A stretch of 64,000 bases of DNA from assembly GCA_012719355.1 (NCBI GenBank), contig JAAYAM010000161.1:41048-105047 (forward strand), given 5' to 3'. The notes beneath the pieces were generated by a model. That model had not been told where the DNA came from, ran no database searches, and worked only from the letters and a program-made list of their open reading frames with translations. Below, piece after piece: positions 1 to 10,420 of this stretch. How positions within the stretch are numbered: position 1 is the stretch's first letter; each line of letters opens with the position of its first letter. Position numbers and translations under genes: made by a program. Origin of the DNA: Acidobacteriota bacterium (lineage in GTDB: Bacteria; Acidobacteriota; UBA6911).

Positions 1-21
1 GCAAAAGAGCTCTTTCCTGTC

Positions 22-420
22 ATGTCTTTGCCTTCTTTCGAAATCGCCGAACAGGAGATGAACGAGTTGCTCAGGATGCAGAAACGTACGCTCGAACTCG
101 TACTGGGCCAGAGCACAGCTTATATGAATTCGATGCGGACGAACCCGTTTGTGACGGATGGCAGAGAGATAAAAGGGGCAATGCACGATTCGGCTGAATA
201 CCTTGTCTCGATGCAAAAGAAGGCTGTCGATTTCGCCACACAACAGACTCAGCGATTTACGGAATTGATGAGACAGGAACCCGGCACATTCGGGACAACC
301 GGCATGGGCGCGGCAGATGCGATTCAGCGCGGGACAGATGCATTCGTCCGCGCGCAGAATCGCTTCTGGGAAATCATGTTGAAGCCTTACGAGAATACCA
401 GAATCGAGGCTCAGGGCTGA
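22..420 (+). CDS. phasin-like / hypothetical protein
   Basis: 132-aa ORF, helical and Q/K-rich, weak resemblance to PHA granule-associated phasins; no motif confirmed. Confidence 0.4.
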   Translation: MSLPSFEIAEQEMNELLRMQKRTLELVLGQSTAYMNSMRTNPFVTDGREIKGAMHDSAEYLVSMQKKAVDFATQQTQRFTELMRQEPGTFGTTGMGAADAIQRGTDAFVRAQNRFWEIMLKPYENTRIEAQG

Positions 421-944
421 GCGGCGCCGGATGTCTGTACCGCCTCTGCTGAAGTCTTGTCCGTGATTCTTTGCGTCAGAGCCTGGCAGGCATCAACAAA
501 GAACACCATGGCAAATAGCGCCAGGCCTGTCGCCATGAAGTAGGCGAAAGGATAAAGAGCTACTTCAAGAACCGCTGTCGTGGCACCCCTGTCTCGATAC
601 GCCGCGGCCTGAACGAACCCTGACCAGGCGGCGCATGCGCAGACAAGCGCCGTGATTAACAGAAACACCCCTTCCGTGACTCTCCGGATCGTGGGCGGAA
701 GTTTCTCCACAAACATGGTGATCCGCACATGTCCTTTGATCACCTGCGTGTGGGCCAGGCTGCCGAAGATCACGACTACCATACCCATTTCTGTTATTTC
801 GTATGTTCCGGGAATGTAAACCCCTACGGCATGCCTCAGGACAATGTCGAGAAACACCATCAGGGCCATCAGAAACAGTACTGCCATGGAAACGCAGTGC
901 AATAATTCCGATGCACGTCTGATCGCTTTATTCGCCGTTGCCAT
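411..944 (-). CDS. dctQ: TRAP transporter small permease subunit (DctQ family)
   Basis: 4-TM small protein with DctQ-like N-terminus (MATANKAIRRASELL...); adjacent to DctP/DctM; start chosen at internal Met. Confidence 0.75.
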   Translation of the reverse strand: MATANKAIRRASELLHCVSMAVLFLMALMVFLDIVLRHAVGVYIPGTYEITEMGMVVVIFGSLAHTQVIKGHVRITMFVEKLPPTIRRVTEGVFLLITALVCACAAWSGFVQAAAYRDRGATTAVLEVALYPFAYFMATGLALFAMVFFVDACQALTQRITDKTSAEAVQTSGAAQP

Positions 945-2016
945 CCTCACCACTTCCGCTGCCTCGCCCTCTATGTTTATCGAGAAGCTCAACGATTCTT
1001 TCCATTACCTTCTGAGCGGGATATCCGCCGGCGGCCTTTTTCTTCACCCATCTGGCGTTGGCCGCATCCGCAATCTCTTTCAGACGTGCGCGCTGTTCGG
1101 CCGAGAGGTTGTAGATTTCACTGCCCCTCTCCTTTAGTCTCTTTTTCATCTCATCGGTAATCCGGTCATACCGGGCGGCAAATGAAGCCCTCGCCTCAGG
1201 AGTCTGGGTCAGCTCATCCAGTATCGCCCTGAGATCACCAGGAAGAGCCTCATAGTTTTTCCGATTCATCAGGACAAAGTAGGGATTCACGGTAACGCGC
1301 TCATCCAGGATGTAATTGAGCCGATCATACAATTTGAATGCATTGAATGCGTTCCAGTCGGTAATAACCCCGTCGATCACACTTCTTTCAAGTGAGGAGT
1401 AGAGCTCTCCCACCATTATTGAAACAGGAGTTGCGCCCGCCTCGATCACGAAATCGGTAGGCGGACCGCTGTTTGCTCTCAGCTTCATTCCTTTCAGCTG
1501 ATCGACGGAAGTAATCTTCTTTGCGGTGGTAGCGATCGACGAGTAATTCATACCTATCAGGAGCAGCACTTTGAACTCTGAGTATTCATCTTTGAGGTAA
1601 TCCGTCGTCGTAAAAAGCTCCCAGAGCGCTTCTGTGGCCTGTGCGGAACTCTCAACACCGATCAAAGGCAGGGTTAACGCCTCCGTCATCGGGAAGACTC
1701 CGGGAAAGGACGAGGGAAGTCCTCCACCGATATCGCATGTTCCGTTGAGAACCATATCCACGGTGTCTCTGGCACTGCCGAGCTGAGCGCCGTGGAAAAC
1801 CGAAATCTTCAGCCTTCCGTTGCTCCTGCGGATTGCTTCCGCAGCCAACTCATCGAAAAACATCCCCTGCGACGCGGTTGCGGGGTCGTGGTGGTGGAGC
1901 GTCAGCTCATAGACTCTTTCTCCGACCGGGTCCCGGGTCCCGCCACACCCGGCAAACACCAGCAGAACCCCGGTTAAGCACGAGACTACTGCGGCTGACT
2001 TTGCCTTCGACGCCAT
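928..2016 (-). CDS. dctP: TRAP transporter substrate-binding protein (DctP family)
   Basis: Lipoprotein-like signal (..VFAGCGG) followed by DctP-type periplasmic binding fold; flanked by DctQ and DctM. Confidence 0.85.
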   Translation of the reverse strand: MASKAKSAAVVSCLTGVLLVFAGCGGTRDPVGERVYELTLHHHDPATASQGMFFDELAAEAIRRSNGRLKISVFHGAQLGSARDTVDMVLNGTCDIGGGLPSSFPGVFPMTEALTLPLIGVESSAQATEALWELFTTTDYLKDEYSEFKVLLLIGMNYSSIATTAKKITSVDQLKGMKLRANSGPPTDFVIEAGATPVSIMVGELYSSLERSVIDGVITDWNAFNAFKLYDRLNYILDERVTVNPYFVLMNRKNYEALPGDLRAILDELTQTPEARASFAARYDRITDEMKKRLKERGSEIYNLSAEQRARLKEIADAANARWVKKKAAGGYPAQKVMERIVELLDKHRGRGSGSGEDGNGE

Positions 2017-2060
2017 AATGTAACCTACCTCTTGAATCGCGGATCCCATACGATCGCCGG

Positions 2061-3362
2061 TCAATAAAGAAGCGACGGAAGGAAGAGTGCAACCTGCGGC
2101 ACCAGCATCACGGTAATGACCGCAAGCGACAGCGCTATCAGGAACGGGAATACGCCGCGGAATATCGTCTGCATCGGGATCTCTCTTGCGATGCCGTTAA
2201 TGATAAACACGTTCATGCCGACGGGTGGAGTGATCAACCCGGTTTCCATGATCATTACCATCAGCACCCCAAACCATATCGGATTCATCCCAAGGCTTTG
2301 TATCACCGGAAGGAATATCGGAACCAACAGCACGATCATTGCGAGAGAATCCATGATGCACCCCATCGCAAGATAGAGTGCGAGTATGAGTGCAAGCACC
2401 AGGTAAGGTGGTGCATCCATGGACAGAATTGCCTCTGCGAAACTGGACGTCAGACGCGTCAGACTTAGGAAATAGCCGAAGATATTGGCTCCGATCACGA
2501 TCAGAAGGATCATGGAGGAGGTCCGCACCGTACCGGACAAGGCCTCCTTCAGGGTTTTGAGCGAACACTTCCCTCTGCAGACCATGAACAGAAATGCTCC
2601 GATCGCTCCGACCGCAGCTCCCTCGTTTGCCGTAAAGAATCCACCGAATATGCCGCCGATCACCACGACGAAAAGCATGAGAATGGCTGCAATTCCCTTG
2701 AGGGACGCGATTCTTTCCTTGAGCGTGAACTTCTCGCCTCTGGGCCCGAGTGTCGGATTCTTTCGGACCGTGACGGCGATCGTAGCCATATAGTAAACCA
2801 TCAACAGCAGGCCCGGCACGAAGCCCGCCGCAAACAGGACTCCGATCGACTGCTCAGCGGTAATTCCATACAGTATGAATCCTATGCTGGGTGGTATCAG
2901 GATTCCGAGGGTGCCGCCGGCTGCAACTGAACCGGCTGACAGGCTCGCGGCATACCTGTACTTTCCCATTTCGGGCAGGCACACGGTTGCCATTGTTGCG
3001 GCCGTTGCCGTGCTTGAACCGCAGATCGCGGAGAATCCCCCGCATGCGGCTATGGTGGCAATCGCCAGTCCTCCGGGCATACGCCCGAGCCAGACGTGGC
3101 AGGCTCGATAGAGGTCGGCGCTGAGTCCTCCGTGGAAGGCGAACTGGCCCATCATGATGAATAACGGGATGACCGCTAATGAGAAACTCGCCGTCGTATT
3201 AAACGGAACCGACTTCAGCAGACCGAGGGCGGCGGCAGGATCGACAGCAATTGCGAACCCCGCCACGCCGGCCGTCAGCATTGCAAAACCTGTGTTCATC
3301 CCCAGAAACAGGAGAATGAGCAGCAGGACAATTCCAAAAACACCTATTGTCAGCAGATCCAT
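2061..3362 (-). CDS. dctM: TRAP transporter large permease subunit (DctM family)
   Basis: 433-aa polytopic membrane protein with typical DctM sequence (MDLLTIGVFGIVLL...). Confidence 0.9.
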   Translation of the reverse strand: MDLLTIGVFGIVLLLILLFLGMNTGFAMLTAGVAGFAIAVDPAAALGLLKSVPFNTTASFSLAVIPLFIMMGQFAFHGGLSADLYRACHVWLGRMPGGLAIATIAACGGFSAICGSSTATAATMATVCLPEMGKYRYAASLSAGSVAAGGTLGILIPPSIGFILYGITAEQSIGVLFAAGFVPGLLLMVYYMATIAVTVRKNPTLGPRGEKFTLKERIASLKGIAAILMLFVVVIGGIFGGFFTANEGAAVGAIGAFLFMVCRGKCSLKTLKEALSGTVRTSSMILLIVIGANIFGYFLSLTRLTSSFAEAILSMDAPPYLVLALILALYLAMGCIMDSLAMIVLLVPIFLPVIQSLGMNPIWFGVLMVMIMETGLITPPVGMNVFIINGIAREIPMQTIFRGVFPFLIALSLAVITVMLVPQVALFLPSLLY

Positions 3363-3473
3363 AGCCGAGATCCCGAATTCAGCTGTGAAGGATCTTCATG
3401 ATAAGCGCTTGTGGTCGAAAATGAAACGCTATTGCGACCGGCTTTCCAGATCGAGGAATGGGATCGGGCGGAG

Positions 3474-3956
3474 CTATTCCATAATCAGATGCAATATTCT
3501 CTCGGGATCCGCTCCATTCTTGATCCAGATATCTTCGAGTGTTCTTGCGTCTTCGATGAATATTCCATTTCGTTTGAGTTTTTCGGATGCCTGCGCGAGA
3601 TCAACATCCAACACCCTTAAGGCATCAGTTAGCGGAGCCTTCACCACTTTATTCATCAAGACCATATCCAGGGGCATGTTCGTTCGTTCCAGAATAACGA
3701 ATCCGATTGAGAGCAACAGGACAACTACTGTCGTAAAGGCAAATACTCTCTTCCTGAAATGGCGCCGCAAGGCTTTCCAGTTAAGAATCGTGTGAGCGGT
3801 CGCCACAACGACAAATCCCAGTCCCATCAACTCGTGGACGACCTCCGTGTAGCCGTCGAACAGATGAAAAAACATGAGAATGCCGGTAATCGCGAGAACA
3901 AGAAAAAGCACGAAAGTAAGCGGTGTAACGTAATTTCTGTCCAGGCTCATCATCAT
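3474..3956 (-). CDS. DUF4405-like His-rich integral membrane protein
   Basis: 160-aa ORF, 3-4 TM helices with conserved His pairs (HLFDGYTEVVHELMG..TAHTILNW). Confidence 0.45.
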   Translation of the reverse strand: MMMSLDRNYVTPLTFVLFLVLAITGILMFFHLFDGYTEVVHELMGLGFVVVATAHTILNWKALRRHFRKRVFAFTTVVVLLLSIGFVILERTNMPLDMVLMNKVVKAPLTDALRVLDVDLAQASEKLKRNGIFIEDARTLEDIWIKNGADPERILHLIME

Positions 3957-4068
3957 AGTCCAGAGGCGTCTCCCTTAACGTCGAATCCAGGCGGAATGGC
4001 TTGTCGTCGGACAAGTGCCGAACCCTGCTTCGGCCCCTGCGCAATTTGTCGGTCTGTCCGGAACGATT

Positions 4069-5013
4069 CTACTCGAGACGATGGTTGCGTTCCAACTCGG
4101 CGCGATCCCAGCCGGCCAATGCGGCTCCGACGTCATATGTGCTTTCGAGGAACTCCATCAGAGCATCATCGGGCGAATCCATTTTCCTCATGTCATCGTA
4201 GAGGAATATGAATTCCTTCGCGGTGCTGTTGTAAAGAGCTTTTTCCGGGCGGATCAGCTGTGCGCTCAGACCTTCAGGTTCGGGGGCGGTATAGGAGTAG
4301 AATGCCGGTTCATACACATTCCCGTCCGCCCGGTCGCGCTCAACCCGCATCCCCGGCCAGAATCCATGGCTGATCACTTCGTGCGAATAAGCCTCACGGG
4401 TTATCGCGTCAGCTCCTTCACGTTCCGGCGCCCGGCGGCCCGAAAAACGAGTAACCGCCAAGTCGAAACTTCCCCAGAAGAAGTGCACCGGACTGCATTT
4501 GCCTATGAAGCGGGAACGGAACTCCGTGAACACTCTCTCGGCCTGGGTCAAAATGCGCCAGAATCGGTTCGCGTAATCCGGGTCGTATGCCGCGTTGTCG
4601 TGATCCTGCAGAAAAGGGATCGGATTCTGCACTTCCACCGGGACTGGCCATATCTTCACATTCAGGCCGATACCGCCGAGCATCGCCATCGTCTCCCCGT
4701 AGAACTCGGCAACCGACATCGGCCTTAGCTGGAGTCGATCCCGGGTACCGTCGTCGCGGGACGCAACCAGTTGATGGTCAACGAAATCGAAGTCAATTTG
4801 ATAGATTCTCCTGCCGCAGGGCATCGGGAGTGTGGTCAGTCCCCTTGCAGTGACATACAGCGGGACATTCCACCAGTGGTTTATCAACGGCGTAAGGGCC
4901 AGCCGTATCTTACCAATGATCTGCGTCCACATATGCAGTGTCGCATAGGTATCCTGCCATTCTGCCAAAGGCAAGGAGGGCCATCTTTCATCGCTCATGG
5001 GATTGCCTTTCAT
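4069..5013 (-). CDS. conserved hypothetical protein (DUF5996-like)
   Basis: 314-aa soluble ORF with good coding statistics; no catalytic motif recognised. Confidence 0.55.
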   Translation of the reverse strand: MKGNPMSDERWPSLPLAEWQDTYATLHMWTQIIGKIRLALTPLINHWWNVPLYVTARGLTTLPMPCGRRIYQIDFDFVDHQLVASRDDGTRDRLQLRPMSVAEFYGETMAMLGGIGLNVKIWPVPVEVQNPIPFLQDHDNAAYDPDYANRFWRILTQAERVFTEFRSRFIGKCSPVHFFWGSFDLAVTRFSGRRAPEREGADAITREAYSHEVISHGFWPGMRVERDRADGNVYEPAFYSYTAPEPEGLSAQLIRPEKALYNSTAKEFIFLYDDMRKMDSPDDALMEFLESTYDVGAALAGWDRAELERNHRLE

Positions 5014-5125
5014 CGATTGTGCATACCGGGGAGTGCTGCATTCAGTATCTCACACCGACATGCGGTACCGAAAGGCGTCGCGACGTGAAAGACAGGACGT
5101 CAGGAGTCCCCTGGATCGACGCTGA

Positions 5126-6571
5126 TCACGAATAGGATGTGCAAATGAACTTCAGGTCGGTGAATTCCTCCATTCCGCAAACTGAATCTGATTTGCCGAT
5201 TCCGCTTTCCTTGACGTTACCTCCCCACGGGAATTCCGGGGTCATCATCCTTGGCATATTGATGAATACGCTGTCCACCTGAAGCCCGTTGGCCAGTCGT
5301 AATGCCTTGCTCCCGTCCCTGGTCCACACGCCTGCGCACAGTCCGTAAGTGGAGTCGTTGGCAAGCCGTATCGCTTCTTCGTCTGACGAATACTCCAGAA
5401 TACAGGCCGCTGGTCCGAATATCTCTTCTCTCACTATGGTCATGTCGTGTTTGCAGTCTGCCACCACTGTCGGCATCAGGAAATAGCCTCTGTCGAGGGG
5501 TGGCGTTGTCGGCCTTGCTCCGCCGTACACGATCCGGGCACCTTCTTCTCTCGCCGTCCTGATGTAATACTCCACTTTTTTCAGCTGCTGGAGGTTGGCC
5601 ATCGGTCCCATCGTGGTCGATTCCTCCCAGGGCAGGCCGACCCTGATTCTCTTCACCTCTTCGACGAATACCTCCAAGAACCTGTCATATACCTTCTCAT
5701 GGACATAGTACCTCCCAGGCGTCGAACAGTTCTGAGCGCTGTTGCCGTAATGTCTCCCAGCCTGCAGCCGAGCCGCTTTTTCGACATCGGCGTCTTCGCA
5801 GACGATCACCGGATTGTTGCCCCCGAGTTCCATGATGCATTTCTTGGCGGTCTGGCTTGCGGCTTGAAGAATGACCTTTCCGGTGTCGGTTGCGCCGGTG
5901 AAACGCACGACGTCCACACCCGGATGGGATGCGAGTGCGTCTCCCACAGTTCCGCCGGGTCCGGTGACTAGATTCACGACTCCTCGCGGGAGATCCGCCT
6001 TTTCAAGAATTTCCATGAACTTCACAGCCAGGATCGAATTTACGCTCGCCGGTTTGAGTATGGCTGTGTTGCCCATGACGATTGCCGGGCCAACCATGCT
6101 CAACATCATCATAAGAGGGACATTCCACGGAGTAATAACTGCGCACACGCCGATCGGCACACGCTGAAGATATCCGACGGTATGCGGCATCGACTGCGGC
6201 AGAACCTGCCCCATGATACCCCGGCTGATCGATGCGATGTATTCGAGTTGATCCACGGCGGCAGCTGCAAATCCTCTCGCAAGCATCACGGGCGTGCCGT
6301 GCTCGTTGACTTCAAGGTCGATCAGTTCCTGTGAATGCTCTCTGATCAAAGCGGCAAAACGCAGAATGGCTTTCGCTCTTTCCGCCTGCATCGCTTTTGA
6401 CCAGCCGGTGAAAGCTTCACTGGCAGCTTTCACCGCTTCGTCCACATCCTCCCTGCCCGCAAGAGGCACTCTGCCGAGTTCTTCTCCCGTGCTGGGATTT
6501 ACCGTAGCGAATGTCTTCCCTGATAGAGCGTCGACCCACTTGCCGTTTATGTACATTCTGTAATTTCGCAT
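5126..6571 (-). CDS. NAD(P)-dependent aldehyde dehydrogenase
   Basis: ALDH family hallmarks (MRNYRMYINGKWVD.. N-term, ELGGNNP, catalytic Cys region); start set at ATG with a GGAG RBS 6 nt upstream (ORF extends further but without an RBS). Confidence 0.9.
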   Translation of the reverse strand: MRNYRMYINGKWVDALSGKTFATVNPSTGEELGRVPLAGREDVDEAVKAASEAFTGWSKAMQAERAKAILRFAALIREHSQELIDLEVNEHGTPVMLARGFAAAAVDQLEYIASISRGIMGQVLPQSMPHTVGYLQRVPIGVCAVITPWNVPLMMMLSMVGPAIVMGNTAILKPASVNSILAVKFMEILEKADLPRGVVNLVTGPGGTVGDALASHPGVDVVRFTGATDTGKVILQAASQTAKKCIMELGGNNPVIVCEDADVEKAARLQAGRHYGNSAQNCSTPGRYYVHEKVYDRFLEVFVEEVKRIRVGLPWEESTTMGPMANLQQLKKVEYYIRTAREEGARIVYGGARPTTPPLDRGYFLMPTVVADCKHDMTIVREEIFGPAACILEYSSDEEAIRLANDSTYGLCAGVWTRDGSKALRLANGLQVDSVFINMPRMMTPEFPWGGNVKESGIGKSDSVCGMEEFTDLKFICTSYS

Positions 6572-6867
6572 TTCGATCTCCTGACTTCTTCCTGTTGGGT
6601 TGCAACGGCACCTCACATCCGCTGGTCCTGCAGACGCTGGAGGACCAGGGTTTGGCATGCTTTCCTCTTGTGCTCGGCACTGTGGTTCCAGAAGGTCCAA
6701 CCACACGCCCGGAATTCAAATGCTTTATGCGGCGGCACTCAGCCGGTAATTGGGTTGTTGCTGAAAGTCAGACGTATCGGGCATACGTTATCATAAAGAA
6801 TGACAGCGCGAATCAAAATATGACAACATGACCGTCCGTCCCCGCGCATGCAGAGCGCGGCCCTGCT

Positions 6868-7329
6868 GTGGCTCGGGATGCATTTGAAATCGGTTGCGTA
6901 GGAAATGTCTTTTCTGATAACTCTCTCGGTATGACTGATAGTTTGGGATCTGCTGAAAAGAACAGAAAGTCGCTGACTCTCCGGGCCTGCAACATAGGCG
7001 TACGGACGGCGCACATCATTGCAACCTGCATACTTGTCGGCGGGCACTATTTCGCTGTTGCGCCTGACCTTCTGCTTCCGTGGCTTTACGCCACCGTCGC
7101 TTCCGGTGCAATCCTGATACTGATCGAGGCTTATCCTGGCTGGCGATGGCATCGAGAGGCGCGTGGCTGCATGGTTCTGACCAAGATCGGCGTAATGTGT
7201 CTGGTCATCTGGCTATGGGAATATCGTGTGATCTGGCTGCTGACCGTAATCGTCATCGGCTCGATCGGTTCTCACATGCCCCGGCAATACAGATATTTTC
7301 AGGTAATACCCTGGCGCAGGATCGATTGA
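6868..7329 (+). CDS. hypothetical membrane protein
   Basis: ORF with about 4 predicted TM helices; no homology recognised; start uncertain (internal MTDSLGS possible). Confidence 0.35.
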   Translation: MARDAFEIGCVGNVFSDNSLGMTDSLGSAEKNRKSLTLRACNIGVRTAHIIATCILVGGHYFAVAPDLLLPWLYATVASGAILILIEAYPGWRWHREARGCMVLTKIGVMCLVIWLWEYRVIWLLTVIVIGSIGSHMPRQYRYFQVIPWRRID

Positions 7330-7352
7330 CCTCATCGGAACCGGCGGATGTA

Positions 7353-7778
7353 TCAGTGGTCTTCGGCGACGGCGGTCAGAACCAGTTTTCCATGTTTCAC
7401 GCCCTTGGTCGCGATCAACCCGTCGGCAACCTTTCTGATCTCTTTTGAACTGCCCCGCAACAGCAGCACCTCCAGGCAGAGATGAGGGGTCAGGTGGATA
7501 TGGATTGTAGAAATGATTGCATTCAGATGGTGGTGCTGATATTCGGTAAGCTTCTCCTCCAATTCGCGCTGATGATGATTGTAGACGAGTGTCAGCGTGC
7601 CGACTCCCTCGGCGTCTTCCCGCTTCAGGGTGTCTTCCATCAGAAGACTCCGAACCATATCGCGGATCGCCTCTGAACGGTTCTCATACCCCTTGCCGGC
7701 GCACAAAGAATCAAATTCAGAAAGCAGGCTTTCTTCCATCGAGACGCCAAAACGGACCAACCGATTACTCCTGGTCAT
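7353..7778 (-). CDS. nikR: nickel-responsive transcriptional regulator NikR
   Basis: N-terminal ribbon-helix-helix (EESLLSEFDSLCAGKGYENRSEAIRDMVRSLL) plus C-terminal Ni-binding domain with the HHH...H..C motif (EYQHHHLNAIISTIHIHLTPHLCLEV); ATG with GGGAGGGG RBS. Confidence 0.85.
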   Translation of the reverse strand: MTRSNRLVRFGVSMEESLLSEFDSLCAGKGYENRSEAIRDMVRSLLMEDTLKREDAEGVGTLTLVYNHHQRELEEKLTEYQHHHLNAIISTIHIHLTPHLCLEVLLLRGSSKEIRKVADGLIATKGVKHGKLVLTAVAEDH

Positions 7779-7878
7779 CGGCAACTTCCCCTCCCTCTAA
7801 GACGAAATCACTTTACGCCGAGCCGCTCTCAACCGAGAGTTGGAACGTTAGTAAAGGATTGTAAAAGCAATCTCGAGA

Positions 7879-10245
7879 CTACACCTTGCCCAGGGCCTTG
7901 AGAACCCTGTCCGGCGTGGCCGGCGGATCAACCCACCTGCCGATTGCATTCTGAATTGCGCAGATTACGAGATGTGTGTTCGCCAGGGAATGGCTGATGC
8001 CGTTGGAACCGTACGCGGCATTGCCTGCGCGCGTCTCCAGCAACTCCATGTCAACGGGCGAGACATCCAGAATTGTGGGTTTTTTGTATTCGATCATGTT
8101 GGTGTTCAATCTTACGCCGGTCGCCTTGTCGAAGATAAAGTCTTCCTTCAACTGGCATCCTTCGCTGAAATACATGACCTGATGAATCTGCCCTTCCAAA
8201 GAGGTGCGACGCATGATCTTACCTGTATCGGCGACCACTCCGAAGCGAAGTATCTCCACCTCACCGGTCTCGGTGTCGACGGCTACCTCGCACATTGCCA
8301 CGTTCATGGTATCCAGCTTCTTGCCCCGGTGGCTCCACAGGGCATCCGGAGGTTTGCCGGAGTAGGTTGCAAACAGATTGGCACGCACAGCCTGCGCGAG
8401 CGGGACACCGATGCCGGGATCCGATTTGACGATGACTCTGCCATCGCGCAGGTCGAGCTCTTCAGGTTTCCGGCCCTTCAAAGGGCTGGGGGTGGGCTTC
8501 TTTCCAAAGGAGCCGAATCCCCCGGCAGCGGGAGGATTATTCGCTTCCTCGACAGCTGCCTCCAGAATCTGCTTCTTCAGCTTATTCGCACATTCCTTCA
8601 CAGCCCAGGATGACGCGGTGGTTCCGTCGCTCCCGCCTCCCCAGGGCCTGTAGATCTCATGATGATCAAGGCTGGTCCGTATGTCCTCGTACTTCAAACC
8701 CAGTTCTTCGGCTACCACCATTGCGTTCGCTTCCATGATGTAGTTGCCGATCACCGGCCCTCGGGAGGGAAGGTACACCACGCCGTTCCTGAGTTCGAGC
8801 TTTGGACTGAACACCGTGCCGGAATGACGCGGGCACTGCTGGTAACGAAAGCTCGCACCGTGCAGCCTGCCGTCGGGAAGCCTCTTTTCGCCCGCTCCGT
8901 GCCACTTCCAGTTCATCATCTTCTTTGCAGCCTGGACACATGCTTCATAGCTGGGCACAGGATTGGGGTCGGTCTGGGATTCCGGGCCGTGGAGATTCAG
9001 CGTTGCAATCTCTATCGGATCCTTGCCCAGTTTTTCTGCAATCGCATGGATCGCCACGGTCAGGGAATCCCAGTTCATCGGATTATGCTGGCCGCTGAGC
9101 CACATCTTCCCGCGATTGCTGTCGACGACATCCATGTTCTGTTTGACGTTCTGACATCTGGTGGTGAAGTAGGGGCCATAGGTCTGGTCCATGGTATTGC
9201 CGAACATGGTGCTTCCACGCACACCGCCGTCGGCGATTGAAAAATCGTCGATTGCCGTAATCAGGCCGTTGCTCTTAAACCCGATTCTCAGATGAACGAA
9301 GCGCTGGTTCAGCGCGAAGTCGTACATCCCATAGCGCTCGCTGACGCACCGAACCGGCCGACCGGTTCTCCTGGCCAGGAGCGGCGTGATCAGCTGCTGT
9401 TTCCGGATGCCCCAATCGCAATACCTGCCGCCGACAAACATGCACTCTTGGAAGACCTTCTCCGGAGCGACACCATACATTCGTCCCACCTGATCATGTC
9501 CCCAGGGAGTGCCTTCAATTCTCAAGTTCTTGCCTTCGCCATGATAGGGACTGTCGAACCACCAGGCGACGCCGCCTACCGGGTTGGGAATATGGCTGCA
9601 GAAGGCCGCCGTGTTTACATCGACTTCCAGCACATGGTCAGCTTCTCTGAAACCTGCTTCGATGTCTCCCTCGCTGACGTTGGAATAGGAAACGTTCCCC
9701 TTCCTGGGGGGATTATTCCCTCCTCCCATGCCAAATCCGCCAGGGCTTCCTTTAGAGGCAGGAACTTCCGGTCGAATTACCGGAACGTCGGGCTTTCTCC
9801 CCTCGAGAAGATCCACAACGTGCGGCAGCACCTCCCATTTCACCTTGAGCCGCTTCAAGGCCTCGTCGCAGATGTCCTCGCTTTCGGCCACAACGATAAC
9901 CGCCACTTCGGTCCCTTCCTGGTCAGCGATGTTGTCAAGGAATGGGAGCGGAGGTCCCATAAAGCCTCCGCCGGCGCTCAGGTTCCTGATATCCTCGTCT
10001 TCCCAGGTGAGGATATCGACGACTCCGGGAATTGCCCTGGCTGCAGCGGTATCGACGCTGAGAGCCTTCGCGTTTGCGTACGGGCTCCTGAGGAATTTTG
10101 CATGGAGCATATCCGGGGCTGTGTAGTCGACGCCGTATTTTGCAATCCCTGATGCGATTGCGTGTGACAGCCTGCCGGGAAGATTGGCCTTCCCTACGAC
10201 TTTGAAATTTTCTCTCTGTCCGTTCACTCCAACGAGGTCAGCCAT
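7879..10245 (-). CDS. xanthine dehydrogenase/aldehyde oxidase family molybdopterin-binding large subunit
   Basis: 788 aa; a/b hammerhead N-terminus and Mo-cofactor binding domains typical of the CoxL/XdhB family; Gly-rich insertions. Confidence 0.85.
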   Translation of the reverse strand: MADLVGVNGQRENFKVVGKANLPGRLSHAIASGIAKYGVDYTAPDMLHAKFLRSPYANAKALSVDTAAARAIPGVVDILTWEDEDIRNLSAGGGFMGPPLPFLDNIADQEGTEVAVIVVAESEDICDEALKRLKVKWEVLPHVVDLLEGRKPDVPVIRPEVPASKGSPGGFGMGGGNNPPRKGNVSYSNVSEGDIEAGFREADHVLEVDVNTAAFCSHIPNPVGGVAWWFDSPYHGEGKNLRIEGTPWGHDQVGRMYGVAPEKVFQECMFVGGRYCDWGIRKQQLITPLLARRTGRPVRCVSERYGMYDFALNQRFVHLRIGFKSNGLITAIDDFSIADGGVRGSTMFGNTMDQTYGPYFTTRCQNVKQNMDVVDSNRGKMWLSGQHNPMNWDSLTVAIHAIAEKLGKDPIEIATLNLHGPESQTDPNPVPSYEACVQAAKKMMNWKWHGAGEKRLPDGRLHGASFRYQQCPRHSGTVFSPKLELRNGVVYLPSRGPVIGNYIMEANAMVVAEELGLKYEDIRTSLDHHEIYRPWGGGSDGTTASSWAVKECANKLKKQILEAAVEEANNPPAAGGFGSFGKKPTPSPLKGRKPEELDLRDGRVIVKSDPGIGVPLAQAVRANLFATYSGKPPDALWSHRGKKLDTMNVAMCEVAVDTETGEVEILRFGVVADTGKIMRRTSLEGQIHQVMYFSEGCQLKEDFIFDKATGVRLNTNMIEYKKPTILDVSPVDMELLETRAGNAAYGSNGISHSLANTHLVICAIQNAIGRWVDPPATPDRVLKALGKV

Positions 10246-10420
10246 TTTGCTCCGCCCCCTTTCAGTTTGTCAGCCGCTTTCCATGAGACGTTCTGACACT
10301 ATGATGCACATCTTCACTTCCTGCGCAACAGGGAACTGAGCGTCGGAGGCGGGGCGAATATGGTACGAGTTCAGTGGTCGAACCGGAGGCGTAATGATGC
10401 GAACGCATTCTTGCTCAGGG

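Noticed and set aside
3154-3795. 213-aa + strand ORF overlapping dctM and neighbours
   Set aside because: Antisense shadow ORF with low-complexity composition; the minus-strand genes have strong homology.
6572-6706. 45-codon N-terminal extension of the aldehyde dehydrogenase ORF
   Set aside because: ALDH homology starts at MRNYRMYINGKW, which is preceded by a GGAG RBS; the extension is Pro/Cys-rich and unconserved in appearance.
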